Virus record (IMG/VR): IMGVR_UViG_3300005805_000099
Span: 1-59,185 of that record
From: a virus
Taxonomy: Duplodnaviria; Caudoviricetes
Strand: one strand, 5' to 3'
Length of the DNA stretch: 59,185 nt
Part shown: positions 37,901-48,361 of the stretch, in pieces
Layout: each line of letters opens with the position of its first letter
Position numbering within the stretch: the stretch's first letter is position 1
The notes under the pieces: model-generated
Seen by the model: only the letters and a program-made list of their open reading frames with translations
Told to the model about the DNA's origin: nothing
The model's database searches: none
Made by a program: the position numbers and the translations under genes

Positions 37901-40900
37901 CATGGTTTTTATAATTTGTTTTTACCGGCTGGTTCTGGGGAAAGAAGAAGAGAAATTACTGATTGGACATATGTTAAACCATCCATACAAACATTTAATG
38001 CCAACTACACTATAAACAATTTATATAGAAGTCAGTATATAGCTGTTGGTATTGGTTTAGATTTACAAAATCCTGCAAATCCTGATAATAGTAGAGTGAC
38101 CGTTCGTCAGTCTGGTGTAGGGGTAGGTACAGGAACCAAGGTGATTAGAAATATTTCTTCTCATTACGGTGCCCTTAAGATTCCTATTCCTTCTCAATAT
38201 GGACAGCTTGATTCTATTAAGCAAATGCTTATCACTCCTTGTGTAACGTACACGGTTCCTGATTTAAATCAGACTTTTCAATCTGATGTATTATTCCAAG
38301 GGGATATTTACATTAACAGATTCACTGAGAAAAATACCTTTGTATTTTTTAATACATGGTTATTAGGTGAACCAGATGATGTAGAGTTTGACTATACTAA
38401 GTATATAAATATTCCATATCCTAGATATTGGTTAAATACCGGACCTGCTGATAATGCTGGTTTATTAGGTGGGTTGGGTAAAGTTAGTAGTGACTTTAGA
38501 TCTTTTGATGATAAAGATTCTTCATTATTTTTTGTAAAACAAGGGTGGTTCTATTTATTTAATTCTGGAGTGAGGGACTTTTTTGTAGAGTCAGAAATAA
38601 ATGTAGCCTGCCGTGATTGGGAAGATCCTGTACCTAGAAGATTCTATGACCCAGGTGAGTATGAAGATCTAATGTCTATGTTCAGATCTGATATCATTAC
38701 TTCTGGAAACTTCTATAAGTATGATTTTAGCATGAGCTTGAGTAAGCTTTATACTTCTCATATTACATGGGGAAATATTCTTCCAAGAGAATATGACCCT
38801 CAAGTGGCTTCTACTTGTTATACGTATCGTCCTAACCAATTAATATATTCACTACCTAGTGATACACTGTCTTCTACTAGTGCTAGAGCAGATGGTTGGA
38901 GGATGTTCTTGCCATTTAACTTTAGAGATTTCCCAAGTAAGATTACATCTATTAAGTCTATAAACTTAACGGGTGCTTTGTTCATGATGAGAGAAAGATC
39001 TCCATTTAAATTTAGTGGTACAGAGACTCTTAATCTTCAGGCTGGAGGGACAGCTGTAACTATTGGTACGGGCACTTTGTTTGGTAGCTCTGTAAATCCT
39101 ACAGCTCTTCAGTCTGTAATGAATACTGAAGCTTCATTTGAATATGGATCTAATCAGGGTAGATGGGCTGCTATATCAACCACTCATGGTTTATTTTATG
39201 TGAGTCAAGACCAAGGTAAGGTGTTTCAGTTCCAAGGTGGTGGACTAGATGAGATATCAAGAAACGGTATGAAGTGGTGGTTAGCTAAATATTTACCATC
39301 TCAATTACTAAAACGTTATCCAAACTATCCTCATTATGACAACCCAGTAATTGGTGTTGGAACATTGATTATGTATGATAACACCCATGAACTAGTTTAT
39401 ATTACTAAAAGAGACTATGTTCCTTTGAAGGATTTTGAGATGGATGAGGATGGTAATTTTTATACTAGTGGAGGAACTACACAAGTCGTATCATGTCCTC
39501 AGGGGTATACATTAGTAAATGATCAGTGTGAAAAAGATATTGCTGACTGCTGCCCAGCTGGTTTTACATTTGTAGATGGGGAATGTCAACAGTTACAAAC
39601 TGTTCCACCTATTCCTGTTGGAACCACTATTCAGCTGACAAGAACTCCATTCCATGGGTATGGATATACAACTAGACTTTATAATACCCCTGTAGTAGGC
39701 TCAAGTTATACAACACTAGATGGTAGTAATCCATTCTGGAATATTAACTTTGCAGCTCCTCAAAACCAAGCTGCCCAATTAAATAATGGCCCTGTTAATA
39801 GGTTAGCTATTTGGGGATTACAATTAGATGGTTCAGGTAATCCGTTTAATAACTATAATTTACCAGGAACTTCAGATATTCCTCCAGTTGGGCAATGGAC
39901 TGGTTTTACTACGTGTATTACTGTTACTAATACTCAAACATATCATATTGCAATTGCTGGTGATAACAGGTATAGAATTTCTATAGATGGAGTAATCATT
40001 CTTCAAAGTGATGATAGCTCTTTAGAAAATTTCCAAGCTCTTCATATTTACCCAGTTGAATTAACAGCTGGTACTCACACCATAACATTAGAAGGTTATA
40101 ATAATCAAGAGAAAGCATGTTTTGGTACAGAAATATATGATTTAAATAATTTACCGGGTGCTCAAACACCTATTGATTATTTAAATGCCCAGACAGATTA
40201 TAGTAGTTTGGAGGCACGTGTAGTATTTACTACTAGAAATCAAACACAGTTTACATCAGGAGACTTTACATGTCCTGCTGGTTATACAGCTAGCACTACA
40301 GGTAGCTGTAACATCCCAGGATGTAGTCGTGTAGTAGCTGTTCAGCCTGTTAACTGTACAGTACCCCCTACAATAACCAATATTGAGATAAAGGATTATT
40401 GTGAGCTGACAGACTCTGACTGCTTTAAAGATGCTAGTTTTACTATAAGCTATGACCCTAAAATCAAAGCTTGGTTAAGTTTTCATGACTGGCATCCTAC
40501 CTTTATGCTTCCTGGTAAGAACCATTTCCTTTCTATCCCTGGTGATTCTACATGGAAGCACAATGAAAGATGTGACTTGTACACTAACTACTATGGAGTT
40601 AACTATCCATTTGAAGTGGAGTTTGTATCTTCTACAGGACAGCAGGTAAACTCTCTTAGGAGCATAGAGTATATTCTAGAAACATATAAGTTCCACCAAG
40701 ATTGCCGGGCCAAGTTCCATGTATTAGATCAAAACTTTGACCAAGCTATTGTATATAACTCTGAGCAGATATCTGGACTGTTGTTCTTAGACGAGAAGTC
40801 AAAGACCAACCCATTGACAATGCTTAGTTATCCTCAGATTAATCCAAACTTTATTAGGATTAACTTTTCTAAAGAGGAGAATAAATATAGGTTTAACCAG

Positions 40901-41146
40901 TTCTGGGATATTACAAAAGACCGTGGAGAGTTTACGGGTGTAACCGGTCCAGCTATGTTTAACTTTGAACCTAATGGGTACATCTATAATGTCAACCCAG
41001 CTTATGTAGACTATAATAAGCCGGTGCTGCAACGTAAGAAATTTAGACATCATGTAGGAAGAGTGTTCATGAAGAAATCAATTAGTGGTGACCTGAAGTT
41101 CTTGTTGAAGATCTCTAATCAAAAAGTTCAAACATCATACAGATAA
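34982..41146 (+). CDS. Tail stabilisation / muzzle protein (P22 gp10-like) with inserted lectin-like and Cys-rich domains
   Basis: NTFNKGLFKD N-terminus, LYWDDGLNPTR, YMRDEVYAF, HHKMPD, TISYDPKIKAWLSFHDWHP; synteny. Confidence 0.75.
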   Translation: MAENESSVGGAAGAVTNTFNKGLFKDYNDTFVGDGMWTHARNGVNNNDEGQVGVIGNEPANLFCVDLPYTMIGYIHMDKDQWAIYTTDDTNSEIGIFDESDCTYTKVINDPCLNFKRTNLITGAYRKRFDCRRQLYWDDGLNPTRILNIDDIPYICTPVTQTVTIDFYNYLIERRAAPIPCGQGFGVNGGNQGNFTYTVGLSEEMGVVTLNFNAYDVPDRCQVIFDGVTVIDTGFRGQSSFNSALAAAGYPPVTGPGSGVWTFNKFTTTSTCTVIVTAPLSGTVWNASLSCPVRNGNTPPQPPAPSTPPRVYYNDINNAQQFVELNFGQSTTVCADPASIVETNPGEYIITRQTACGSGTFIVTPPGDCGTFNCGPLDCEALRIAPLVKQPCLRLEKGRVGGTLANGIYQVAIAYLIDGIKLTDYIGLTEAQPIWSHENTSGSLELIVEDIDRDFSEFDLVVLSNINNNTTAKRIGTYSTSQGTIYIDRIPSGDVGTVPIDQLSIRTEPIEKSDSMWPLNQYLTRVGTYSKYKFNYQIQANQIVTRWVAVEYPADYYKKGGNNTGYMRDEVYAFFIRWIYNTGYKSESYHIPGRAADAIDTTLDWSDDAYEATTTGAIMPAWKVRNTGRVESTATSTLRDGGRVIATGKMAYWQSTELYPSDRNDVWGDLCGTPIRHHKMPDETVEPFTNALNTYTQNGTYISLLGVQFSNITHPLDANGNPDPSIVGFEILRGSREGNKSIIAKGLFNNMREYTVPGNSSVKGLFQNYPYNDLNPDPFLTPQVQDGDNGQANPSSTLMGGVLKNTFSFHGPDTTFVNPYLSINEIKIYGNAYGKSQGTFELPYKHPKFRQLTDVVKIVTDILGLIDKIGIIGNILNSGGSSGKKTVFTGTETFPAQFDFAGPSEFPKWRGGGDTFGLIASTAAFAAEVLIWASQALAYGYFELEMANARKQKILDIFKALVPFRNYATQYMSHGFYNLFLPAGSGERRREITDWTYVKPSIQTFNANYTINNLYRSQYIAVGIGLDLQNPANPDNSRVTVRQSGVGVGTGTKVIRNISSHYGALKIPIPSQYGQLDSIKQMLITPCVTYTVPDLNQTFQSDVLFQGDIYINRFTEKNTFVFFNTWLLGEPDDVEFDYTKYINIPYPRYWLNTGPADNAGLLGGLGKVSSDFRSFDDKDSSLFFVKQGWFYLFNSGVRDFFVESEINVACRDWEDPVPRRFYDPGEYEDLMSMFRSDIITSGNFYKYDFSMSLSKLYTSHITWGNILPREYDPQVASTCYTYRPNQLIYSLPSDTLSSTSARADGWRMFLPFNFRDFPSKITSIKSINLTGALFMMRERSPFKFSGTETLNLQAGGTAVTIGTGTLFGSSVNPTALQSVMNTEASFEYGSNQGRWAAISTTHGLFYVSQDQGKVFQFQGGGLDEISRNGMKWWLAKYLPSQLLKRYPNYPHYDNPVIGVGTLIMYDNTHELVYITKRDYVPLKDFEMDEDGNFYTSGGTTQVVSCPQGYTLVNDQCEKDIADCCPAGFTFVDGECQQLQTVPPIPVGTTIQLTRTPFHGYGYTTRLYNTPVVGSSYTTLDGSNPFWNINFAAPQNQAAQLNNGPVNRLAIWGLQLDGSGNPFNNYNLPGTSDIPPVGQWTGFTTCITVTNTQTYHIAIAGDNRYRISIDGVIILQSDDSSLENFQALHIYPVELTAGTHTITLEGYNNQEKACFGTEIYDLNNLPGAQTPIDYLNAQTDYSSLEARVVFTTRNQTQFTSGDFTCPAGYTASTTGSCNIPGCSRVVAVQPVNCTVPPTITNIEIKDYCELTDSDCFKDASFTISYDPKIKAWLSFHDWHPTFMLPGKNHFLSIPGDSTWKHNERCDLYTNYYGVNYPFEVEFVSSTGQQVNSLRSIEYILETYKFHQDCRAKFHVLDQNFDQAIVYNSEQISGLLFLDEKSKTNPLTMLSYPQINPNFIRINFSKEENKYRFNQFWDITKDRGEFTGVTGPAMFNFEPNGYIYNVNPAYVDYNKPVLQRKKFRHHVGRVFMKKSISGDLKFLLKISNQKVQTSYR

Positions 41147-41147
41147 T

Positions 41148-44100
41148 ATGAGAAAAGATTCTATACTCCAGCAGTACTATTATACCAAGCTTCCTAAAAA
41201 GAAAAACGGTGGTCCTGAGGACCCGTATCACCCTATTACTAATCCTACTGGATATAAGTTATCTTTATCTGATATTGAAGCTATAGCTAAAAGAAAAGAG
41301 GAAGAAGCCCTTGCTGCACAAAGAGGTCCTCAGGTTGGGTCATACAATAAAGCATATGATGTACAGAGAAAGAGAGCAGCTCAAGAATATAGTAAAAATA
41401 AAGCCCAAAGAAATAGTGCTTTAGTTAAAACACTAGGTTCTTTTACACCTAGTGGAAACAACCAAGATGCTGGATTAACTGGAGCTGAATTATTTGTTAA
41501 TGCTAATCCGTTAGTTACTGGTCCTATAATGTCTACATCAAGACTGTATGCAGCTGGTAGAAGCATGTTTGATCCAAAAACACAAAATCCTTATTTTGAT
41601 AATAGCAATAGTGTAGTAGAAAATATACTTGGTGGAATTGGTTTATTAGGAGATATTGCCATGTTAAGAACTTCTTTAAGAAGCCCTAAGTATGTTCCTA
41701 ATACTCCATCTAGTTTAAAACCTACACCTACTTTAAGACCTAGTGGTGTAGATTTAGCACCTTATGTTGATTTATCTGATATAATAAATAAAAGAGGATT
41801 AGTTACCCCTGGTTATAGAAGTTCATTAGATGTAGGACCTTATTGGAATAATAGAAAATTTAGAAATCAATCATTAAGATTTCTACAGAAAGAATCTGCT
41901 GATGAAGCATCTGCTGCTAGACTTAAACTTATTAAAGATGCTGAAAAATTTAAAAGAAATGTAATAGATGTTGATGATGTAAGTCAGTCTCCAAGTATTT
42001 TATATCGTAATGTAGATCAGCTAGTTAAAGAAGCTAATATAAGAAATGCTTTTTCTAGTAAAACTTCCCGTGCTGATACAGGAAGTCCTATGGCAGATGC
42101 TATCATAGGATTTTTTAAAAATAATTTTGCATTAACTGATACAGAAGCAGCCGATTTATTACATGGATATAATCCAACAAATCCTTTTACTAATTGGAGT
42201 GATGCAAGAATAAACAGTGCTTTAGAAATTTTAAAAAGACAAAGGCTAGCTTCTGGATTAATGAGTCCAACTTCAGATCCAATGATAAATGTAGGGGCTA
42301 GCAAACTTCCTCGTTTTGGTTTTTATTCTTCTGCCGAAAAAGATCCTTTAAAAAGTTTATCACAGGAGGTTTCTAGAAATTTAAAAAATAGTGACAATGC
42401 TTTAATATTTAGAGAAGAGCCTTGGTGGGGAGATGATTGGAAACTACTAGCAGGTGAAATGCGATCTAGTATAAAGAAAAGAGGATTAGATCCAAATAAA
42501 AAAGATGATGTTTTAAAATTTGCAAAAGAATTTGAAAAGGAACAAATTGAAAGAAGTTTAAAAAATTACTCTGGTCAACCAGAAGTTGATAAGTTATTTG
42601 AGGGACTTAATCCAAATAAATATGGTGGATTAGTAAAAGCTCAAGATGGTCTAGAGTTTATGAAAGGTTGGGTTAGTCATCGTGGATTTAGTCAAAGATT
42701 AAAAACGATGGGTAGAACTAATCCAGAAGTTGAACAAGCTAATATGCTTAATCTTCTTTCTCAGTATAAAGATAAAAATTATAAAGATTTACTTAAAGAA
42801 CAAGGACTTGGTGAATGGCTTAGACAACATAGTTCAGACGGTGTATCTTATAGTTCTTATGTAAATGGTAAATTTGGAGCTCATCCTTCTAGAGTTTATG
42901 TAAGAGGAAACAAAAAAGATACAGAAAGTAATAGAGCTCATGAGTTAACTCATATGTTAGAAAATAATGGAGAATGGCTTACACCAGAGGACCAAAATAA
43001 ATTAACTGCTCCATTGGGAAAACCTAGTTTTCTTAAAAATATATTTAATAGTGGTAAGTCAGGACGTAAATATTATGGTGATCCAACTGAAATTCACGCA
43101 AGAATGAATCAAGCAAGAATGGAACTGGGTCTTACACCAGATGATAAGTTTACTCCTGAGATGTTTGATCAAATAAATAAAAAGAAAAAATGGTATGGAC
43201 TTAAACCATTTATAAAAGATAAACAATCTTTTATAAATCTTATGAACACATTTGCTGCAAATGATCAATTTACTTCTATAGACACAGCAAAATATGGTAG
43301 TATTATAGAAGATGATATGGGTCAATTGAAATACCCAGGTCTTCCTACTAGGATTAAATCACCTAGTATTACTATGCAGGGTGTACCCTATCCTGTAGAA
43401 GCACAAGCTAATACTGGTCAAAAAGTTATAATGCAACCTGGTCAAGACTATTACTTTCCAGGTGCTGAGTATGTAGATGAGTATCCTATGATAAAAAGAT
43501 ATCAGCCTGGAGGGCCTGTATTTAAAATAGAAGAAGAGGATACTAGTCCTTTTTTAAAAAGTTTTCAAGGTAAAAGTATACCATCGGTTACTGAAGATTA
43601 TTCAGCTATGAGTGATTTTTATAATGATCTTTACGCTGCAGGTAATAAATATACTAATAAGAATACGGGGTTAGTTAGTCCTTTTAATGCAGCTAGAGCT
43701 GTATTAAAAGCTACTATTAAAAATCCAGAGGTTATGTTTATGAAAAGATATCCTCTTAAAAATCCTCAGTCTAATCCATACGGTGTAGAAAGTTATACAA
43801 CAGAAGAATTTTCTGGAAAATTACATCCTTGGATGCCAACGGACTGGGCTAAACCTCGTAGAGAAAAACCAGCTAGATTTAATAGTAATAAAGAAAATAG
43901 AAGATTAGATCGTCAGATTAGGAAAGGAATTAAAAATCAAGGTGATTGCTGGGGGGCTAATTGTTACGAAGAAGAGATGCCAAATGTAGAGTACGGTGGG
44001 TCTATGATGCAGAGAGGAGGAACTCCTATATATGTTTCAGATGCAAATGATCCTAGGTATAAATCTTATTCAGACAGTCTATACAGTTATAATGTTGGTC

Positions 44101-47100
44101 AAAGATTAAATAATATACTTAGTGCAGATAAAAATTATGTAAGTGTAAGAGGTGGTTCTCCTTTAGATAGAAAGATACAAGAAGCAGCCAGAAGAACTAA
44201 TAGAGGATTAGTTGATAATACAGAAGGAGTGTCTAATAAGAAGGTTAAGGAAGTAATGAAAGAATACCAGCAAAAAGCTAATAAAGGTATTCTACCAGTT
44301 AGATATCAAGGATATATCCCAAATCCTGATAACTCTGTTACTGATTTAATGACAGGCAGGAGTTTCTTAGAAATGGTTGGTTTAACAGAACCAAGGGCTG
44401 CTGGTAATTGGTATTTGCCTCAATGGGAGAAACCACAGGTACAAGTAGTAGTTGATCCGAATAGAGCTCCTAAACCAAAGCCTTCTGTACGAGAAGAAAG
44501 ACATTTAATGACTCCAGAAGATTGGAAAGATGTTAATTCAAATGATTATGGGGAGGAAGAAAGAAAAATTAAAAATGCTGACCCAACCAAGTATGATATA
44601 TATAGACTACCTGGAAACAAATTTGAACTTGTTTTAAAAAAGAAACCTGCTAAAAAGCCAGTGGTAGTTACCAAGAAAACTACACCTGAACCAGTAAGAC
44701 AAGAACCTAAACCAGTTAATGTTTTACAAGTAACTCAACCTCCTGTAATGAACTATAATCAGGGCACACCTGTTTATGCTCCTACACCTTATGGTGGTAA
44801 TAGTGGGGCAGGAGCTTTTGTAGGGTTTAAAGATAAGTCAGGTAAGATAACATATGTTCAACCAGAAGATTATGAACGAATGGGTGTACCAGGCTATGGT
44901 AGGGAATATATAAAGTCTCAAACTAAACAAATGTATGGTGGTCATATAATGATGAATGGAGGACCTACTAAATCACATGTAAATACAGTTAATCGTAATT
45001 ATTCTAGCAATAAGACTGGCAATAGCTACCAAGACTATACCACTATTATAGATGAGTATCCTGGTAAAGGGAATGATACTTCTTACATATTTAATCAACA
45101 GACTCCAAGAGGTAATGAACAGTTCTTCTACTCTACAAACTTTGGTAAGCCTATGGTTAGTCTTAGAAGGAACGGTCAGTTTGTTACTCCTATTTCAGAG
45201 CAAACCGCAGACTATAGAAATATAGTACTAGGTGGAGCCGGTGGTTTTAGAAAGTATGGAGGAGCTATGATGCAAATTGGTGGAAACATTGATTTAACAT
45301 CTTATGGTTCTAGAGCTTTAGTTAATCAGAATGGAGGAAATATAGATTTAAATCCGTATGGATCTAGAGCTATTGTAAATAGAAATGGGGGAGATATATC
45401 TCTACCTAATGTATATCCTGGACCTTTTGTTTCTAAGTATAATTACGGAGGAACTCCAATAGAACAAACATGGGATGTTATTGATAAGAAGTACGGTGGA
45501 TTAATTAAAGCTCAGAATGGTATACAAACTTCAGGGCTAGCTTATCCGGCTTCTTCTTATATAGAAGATCCATATGCTAATTATGATTGGGAAGGAAGAA
45601 TGAATAAGAATGTAGCAGCGGCTACAGACTTCTGGAAAAACTGGTATGCTAAGAGAGCTACCCTTCCTCAGTTTAAAGATGTATCCGAAAGAAGATTAAA
45701 GCTTTTAGAAGAACCTATTAATATTGAATACCTACCTTCTTCTGAAATGCTTAAAGAAGGAATGGCTGGTAGATATGCAATCTTTGGTAAAAACAAGGGG
45801 ACTTTTAATTTTGTTAATCCTACAGAAAAGTTTCATCCTATTTCTCATGACCTTTCAGACTTTACATCTATAAGATCTCAAAGTACTAGCCTTCCTGTAA
45901 TTAGTCATGAGCTTTTTCATAAGTTACATTATGAAGCTCCTCAGGGAGAACGTAACTCTTACGTAGGTGGTTCGGATTTTTCCTCATGGAATATTCCTAA
46001 AAGTAAAAGATTTATTTCACCCAGAAAATCCAAAATGGATAGGGATGAATATTCTTATATGGCAGGTTATTCTTCAATACTTGGGAATAATTCTCGTCAA
46101 CCTAGCATACTTAAACCAAAATATCCAGCTCAAGAGAAAACCGTTTTTAATCCAGAGATGGAAACTAGCTTGTCTCATCTAAGGATATCTGAGAACTTAG
46201 ATCCTACAAAGACCTACACTGCTGAGGATGTCCAACCTTTAATTGACAAGTATAGAAATCTTGATGAAGAATACTATCTAAAAAAACTTGATACTTTAGG
46301 ACCTGCTGAAATTCAAGATGAAGAAGGAGCTGTTAATGCTAGACGTATTAATAGTATGTTTAAGATGCTTGGTAATGATCCTAAAAAGATTGCCAAGTTT
46401 ATGAACTCAGTGGCTGCTGTTGACCCCAAGCAAAGTAACCAAGCTAGGTATGGAGGGTTAACTAAAGCTCAAAAAGGTCTTAATATTCCTGGAGTAACAG
46501 ATTATAAACCTCAAAGAGCAGTAAGTGATAATACTAGAATAGTTCAACCGATTGATAATAGAAATGCAGGAGCCGTACAATCAGCCGATCAGTTTACGAG
46601 AGACTGGATGAACTCTCCAATGTATAATCAAATGCTACAAGCCAGTATAAAGGCTTCTCCTAAGGTGGATCCTCTTACAAAACTTCCAACAGCTGATATT
46701 CCAGCTTTAAGAGAAGTAGCTGCAAATCCTGAAAACAGAAGAGTAGAGTTTAAAGATCTTAATAATCCTTCTCTTGGTGGTACAACATCATTTGGACTTA
46801 ATAGAAAAGGAGATCCTAAAAATATTCTTAATGTTATTCGTTTAAATATAAACAGTGAAATTCCTATTGAACAATCAGCTGGTCATGAAATATCTGGTCA
46901 TCAAACAACTTTAGGAGGTAACTTGATACCTTATGCAGATGTACAAAAAATTAATAAATACTTTACTCCACGTAATAGTATTAAGATATTTGACCCAATA
47001 GCACGATGGGCTAAGCAAGGAAATATATCTTATGATGCTGCTAAGAAACAAATACAAGATCTTCGTAAAGATCCAAGCTTTAATAAAGAATGGACTGAAC

Positions 47101-48299
47101 TTGAGAACATAAGAGAAACTACTAATAGTGCTATAGAAAGTAGAGATCATTATATATCAGATCCTGATGAAACTAGATCACGATTGATGTCTGTACGTAA
47201 GACTGCTAAACAGAATAATGTATATAATCCATTCACTCAAAAAATGACAAAAGATAATTTAAGAAAACTTAAAGGTCTTAATAATGATGAGTTGAATTCA
47301 TTATATGAAAACTATACTGAAGATGAGATATTAGATATGTTCAATAGTATATCTAAGACTGACCAACCAGGAGCAAACCAAACTATGGCTAGGTATGGTG
47401 GATTATTTAAGGCTCAAGATGGGGGAGATAGTTCTGCTGAGCAAGAGTGGTTGAATCAACAGTTTGTAGATAATCTTACATCTGACCCTGCTTACTACCA
47501 ATGGCCTGGTAGAATACAAGATCCTAAGAGAAGAGATCAACAAGTTAGAGATTTGTTCTTTAGTCAGATAGATCAAACTAAAGACCCCTACTTAGCAGAG
47601 AGAGCATTAAAAGCTGCTAATCAAGGCTATGGATCTGATAGGACACCTAATCAAAAGCTTAAGAACTATTATGGGTTTGACTATGCTGACATAGACCAAG
47701 ACAAGCTTTACAAATGGTTTGATGAATATAAGCAAGAGGCTGAGCCTTTTATGGGTAAAAGATATGGAGGGGCTATGATGCAGAAAGGTGGAGGATTTGA
47801 TGAAGAAGCTTTTCAAAAGTTTCGTCAAACATTACCCTTGAATTTAAGAATGGAATCTCCTGATTATAATTTAAGAGGATACTGGGAAGCTCTTGGAAAA
47901 CCATTGGAGTTTGATTACTCTCAGCCAAAAGAAGAAGATGGGTATTATCATGCTTTTAGTAGAAATCCACAAACTGGAGAAATACTAAAGAGACCTCAGC
48001 ATCCAACTTTTAAAATGGCTATTGAGGAAGATAGGAAGTTTGGTGCTTTTCCTATAGTGACACCAGATGGAAAAATTAAAACTGTAAGTGGTAGGGATTA
48101 CAAAGCTTATGGTGGTCCATTAGTAGAATACTATAAAGGGAAGATGACCGGTCCTAATATCTTTAAGGATGGTGGTCAACAGAAGAATAAGTATTTCTAC
48201 AATAAAGGATATGGTGTACCACATTTCCAAAAGGGTGGTTCTAAGCAAACAGATCTTCAGCAATATTACCTTGGAAAGATTAGAACAACTAGATGGTAA
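41148..48299 (+). CDS. Giant modular virion cargo (polyvalent) protein with three zincin metallopeptidase modules
   Basis: 2383 aa; HELTH, HELFH and HEISGH motifs; modules delimited by YGG/KAQxG/MMQxGG linkers; follows the muzzle gene like crAss cargo proteins. Confidence 0.7.
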   Translation: MRKDSILQQYYYTKLPKKKNGGPEDPYHPITNPTGYKLSLSDIEAIAKRKEEEALAAQRGPQVGSYNKAYDVQRKRAAQEYSKNKAQRNSALVKTLGSFTPSGNNQDAGLTGAELFVNANPLVTGPIMSTSRLYAAGRSMFDPKTQNPYFDNSNSVVENILGGIGLLGDIAMLRTSLRSPKYVPNTPSSLKPTPTLRPSGVDLAPYVDLSDIINKRGLVTPGYRSSLDVGPYWNNRKFRNQSLRFLQKESADEASAARLKLIKDAEKFKRNVIDVDDVSQSPSILYRNVDQLVKEANIRNAFSSKTSRADTGSPMADAIIGFFKNNFALTDTEAADLLHGYNPTNPFTNWSDARINSALEILKRQRLASGLMSPTSDPMINVGASKLPRFGFYSSAEKDPLKSLSQEVSRNLKNSDNALIFREEPWWGDDWKLLAGEMRSSIKKRGLDPNKKDDVLKFAKEFEKEQIERSLKNYSGQPEVDKLFEGLNPNKYGGLVKAQDGLEFMKGWVSHRGFSQRLKTMGRTNPEVEQANMLNLLSQYKDKNYKDLLKEQGLGEWLRQHSSDGVSYSSYVNGKFGAHPSRVYVRGNKKDTESNRAHELTHMLENNGEWLTPEDQNKLTAPLGKPSFLKNIFNSGKSGRKYYGDPTEIHARMNQARMELGLTPDDKFTPEMFDQINKKKKWYGLKPFIKDKQSFINLMNTFAANDQFTSIDTAKYGSIIEDDMGQLKYPGLPTRIKSPSITMQGVPYPVEAQANTGQKVIMQPGQDYYFPGAEYVDEYPMIKRYQPGGPVFKIEEEDTSPFLKSFQGKSIPSVTEDYSAMSDFYNDLYAAGNKYTNKNTGLVSPFNAARAVLKATIKNPEVMFMKRYPLKNPQSNPYGVESYTTEEFSGKLHPWMPTDWAKPRREKPARFNSNKENRRLDRQIRKGIKNQGDCWGANCYEEEMPNVEYGGSMMQRGGTPIYVSDANDPRYKSYSDSLYSYNVGQRLNNILSADKNYVSVRGGSPLDRKIQEAARRTNRGLVDNTEGVSNKKVKEVMKEYQQKANKGILPVRYQGYIPNPDNSVTDLMTGRSFLEMVGLTEPRAAGNWYLPQWEKPQVQVVVDPNRAPKPKPSVREERHLMTPEDWKDVNSNDYGEEERKIKNADPTKYDIYRLPGNKFELVLKKKPAKKPVVVTKKTTPEPVRQEPKPVNVLQVTQPPVMNYNQGTPVYAPTPYGGNSGAGAFVGFKDKSGKITYVQPEDYERMGVPGYGREYIKSQTKQMYGGHIMMNGGPTKSHVNTVNRNYSSNKTGNSYQDYTTIIDEYPGKGNDTSYIFNQQTPRGNEQFFYSTNFGKPMVSLRRNGQFVTPISEQTADYRNIVLGGAGGFRKYGGAMMQIGGNIDLTSYGSRALVNQNGGNIDLNPYGSRAIVNRNGGDISLPNVYPGPFVSKYNYGGTPIEQTWDVIDKKYGGLIKAQNGIQTSGLAYPASSYIEDPYANYDWEGRMNKNVAAATDFWKNWYAKRATLPQFKDVSERRLKLLEEPINIEYLPSSEMLKEGMAGRYAIFGKNKGTFNFVNPTEKFHPISHDLSDFTSIRSQSTSLPVISHELFHKLHYEAPQGERNSYVGGSDFSSWNIPKSKRFISPRKSKMDRDEYSYMAGYSSILGNNSRQPSILKPKYPAQEKTVFNPEMETSLSHLRISENLDPTKTYTAEDVQPLIDKYRNLDEEYYLKKLDTLGPAEIQDEEGAVNARRINSMFKMLGNDPKKIAKFMNSVAAVDPKQSNQARYGGLTKAQKGLNIPGVTDYKPQRAVSDNTRIVQPIDNRNAGAVQSADQFTRDWMNSPMYNQMLQASIKASPKVDPLTKLPTADIPALREVAANPENRRVEFKDLNNPSLGGTTSFGLNRKGDPKNILNVIRLNINSEIPIEQSAGHEISGHQTTLGGNLIPYADVQKINKYFTPRNSIKIFDPIARWAKQGNISYDAAKKQIQDLRKDPSFNKEWTELENIRETTNSAIESRDHYISDPDETRSRLMSVRKTAKQNNVYNPFTQKMTKDNLRKLKGLNNDELNSLYENYTEDEILDMFNSISKTDQPGANQTMARYGGLFKAQDGGDSSAEQEWLNQQFVDNLTSDPAYYQWPGRIQDPKRRDQQVRDLFFSQIDQTKDPYLAERALKAANQGYGSDRTPNQKLKNYYGFDYADIDQDKLYKWFDEYKQEAEPFMGKRYGGAMMQKGGGFDEEAFQKFRQTLPLNLRMESPDYNLRGYWEALGKPLEFDYSQPKEEDGYYHAFSRNPQTGEILKRPQHPTFKMAIEEDRKFGAFPIVTPDGKIKTVSGRDYKAYGGPLVEYYKGKMTGPNIFKDGGQQKNKYFYNKGYGVPHFQKGGSKQTDLQQYYLGKIRTTRW
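45279..45392 (+). repeat. 54-nt tandem repeat encoding GGNIDLxxYGSRAxVNxN
   Basis: Two full copies plus the start of a third. Confidence 0.8.
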
Positions 48300-48313
48300 A
48301 CCTTTAAAGTTTA
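48297..48313. promoter_or_regulatory. Palindromic box
   Basis: TAAACCTTTAAAGTTTA, overlapping the upstream stop codon. Confidence 0.55.
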
Positions 48314-48361
48314 AACATTAAATACTTTGCCGTTTAACTAAAAAAGATTAAATTGTAATAT

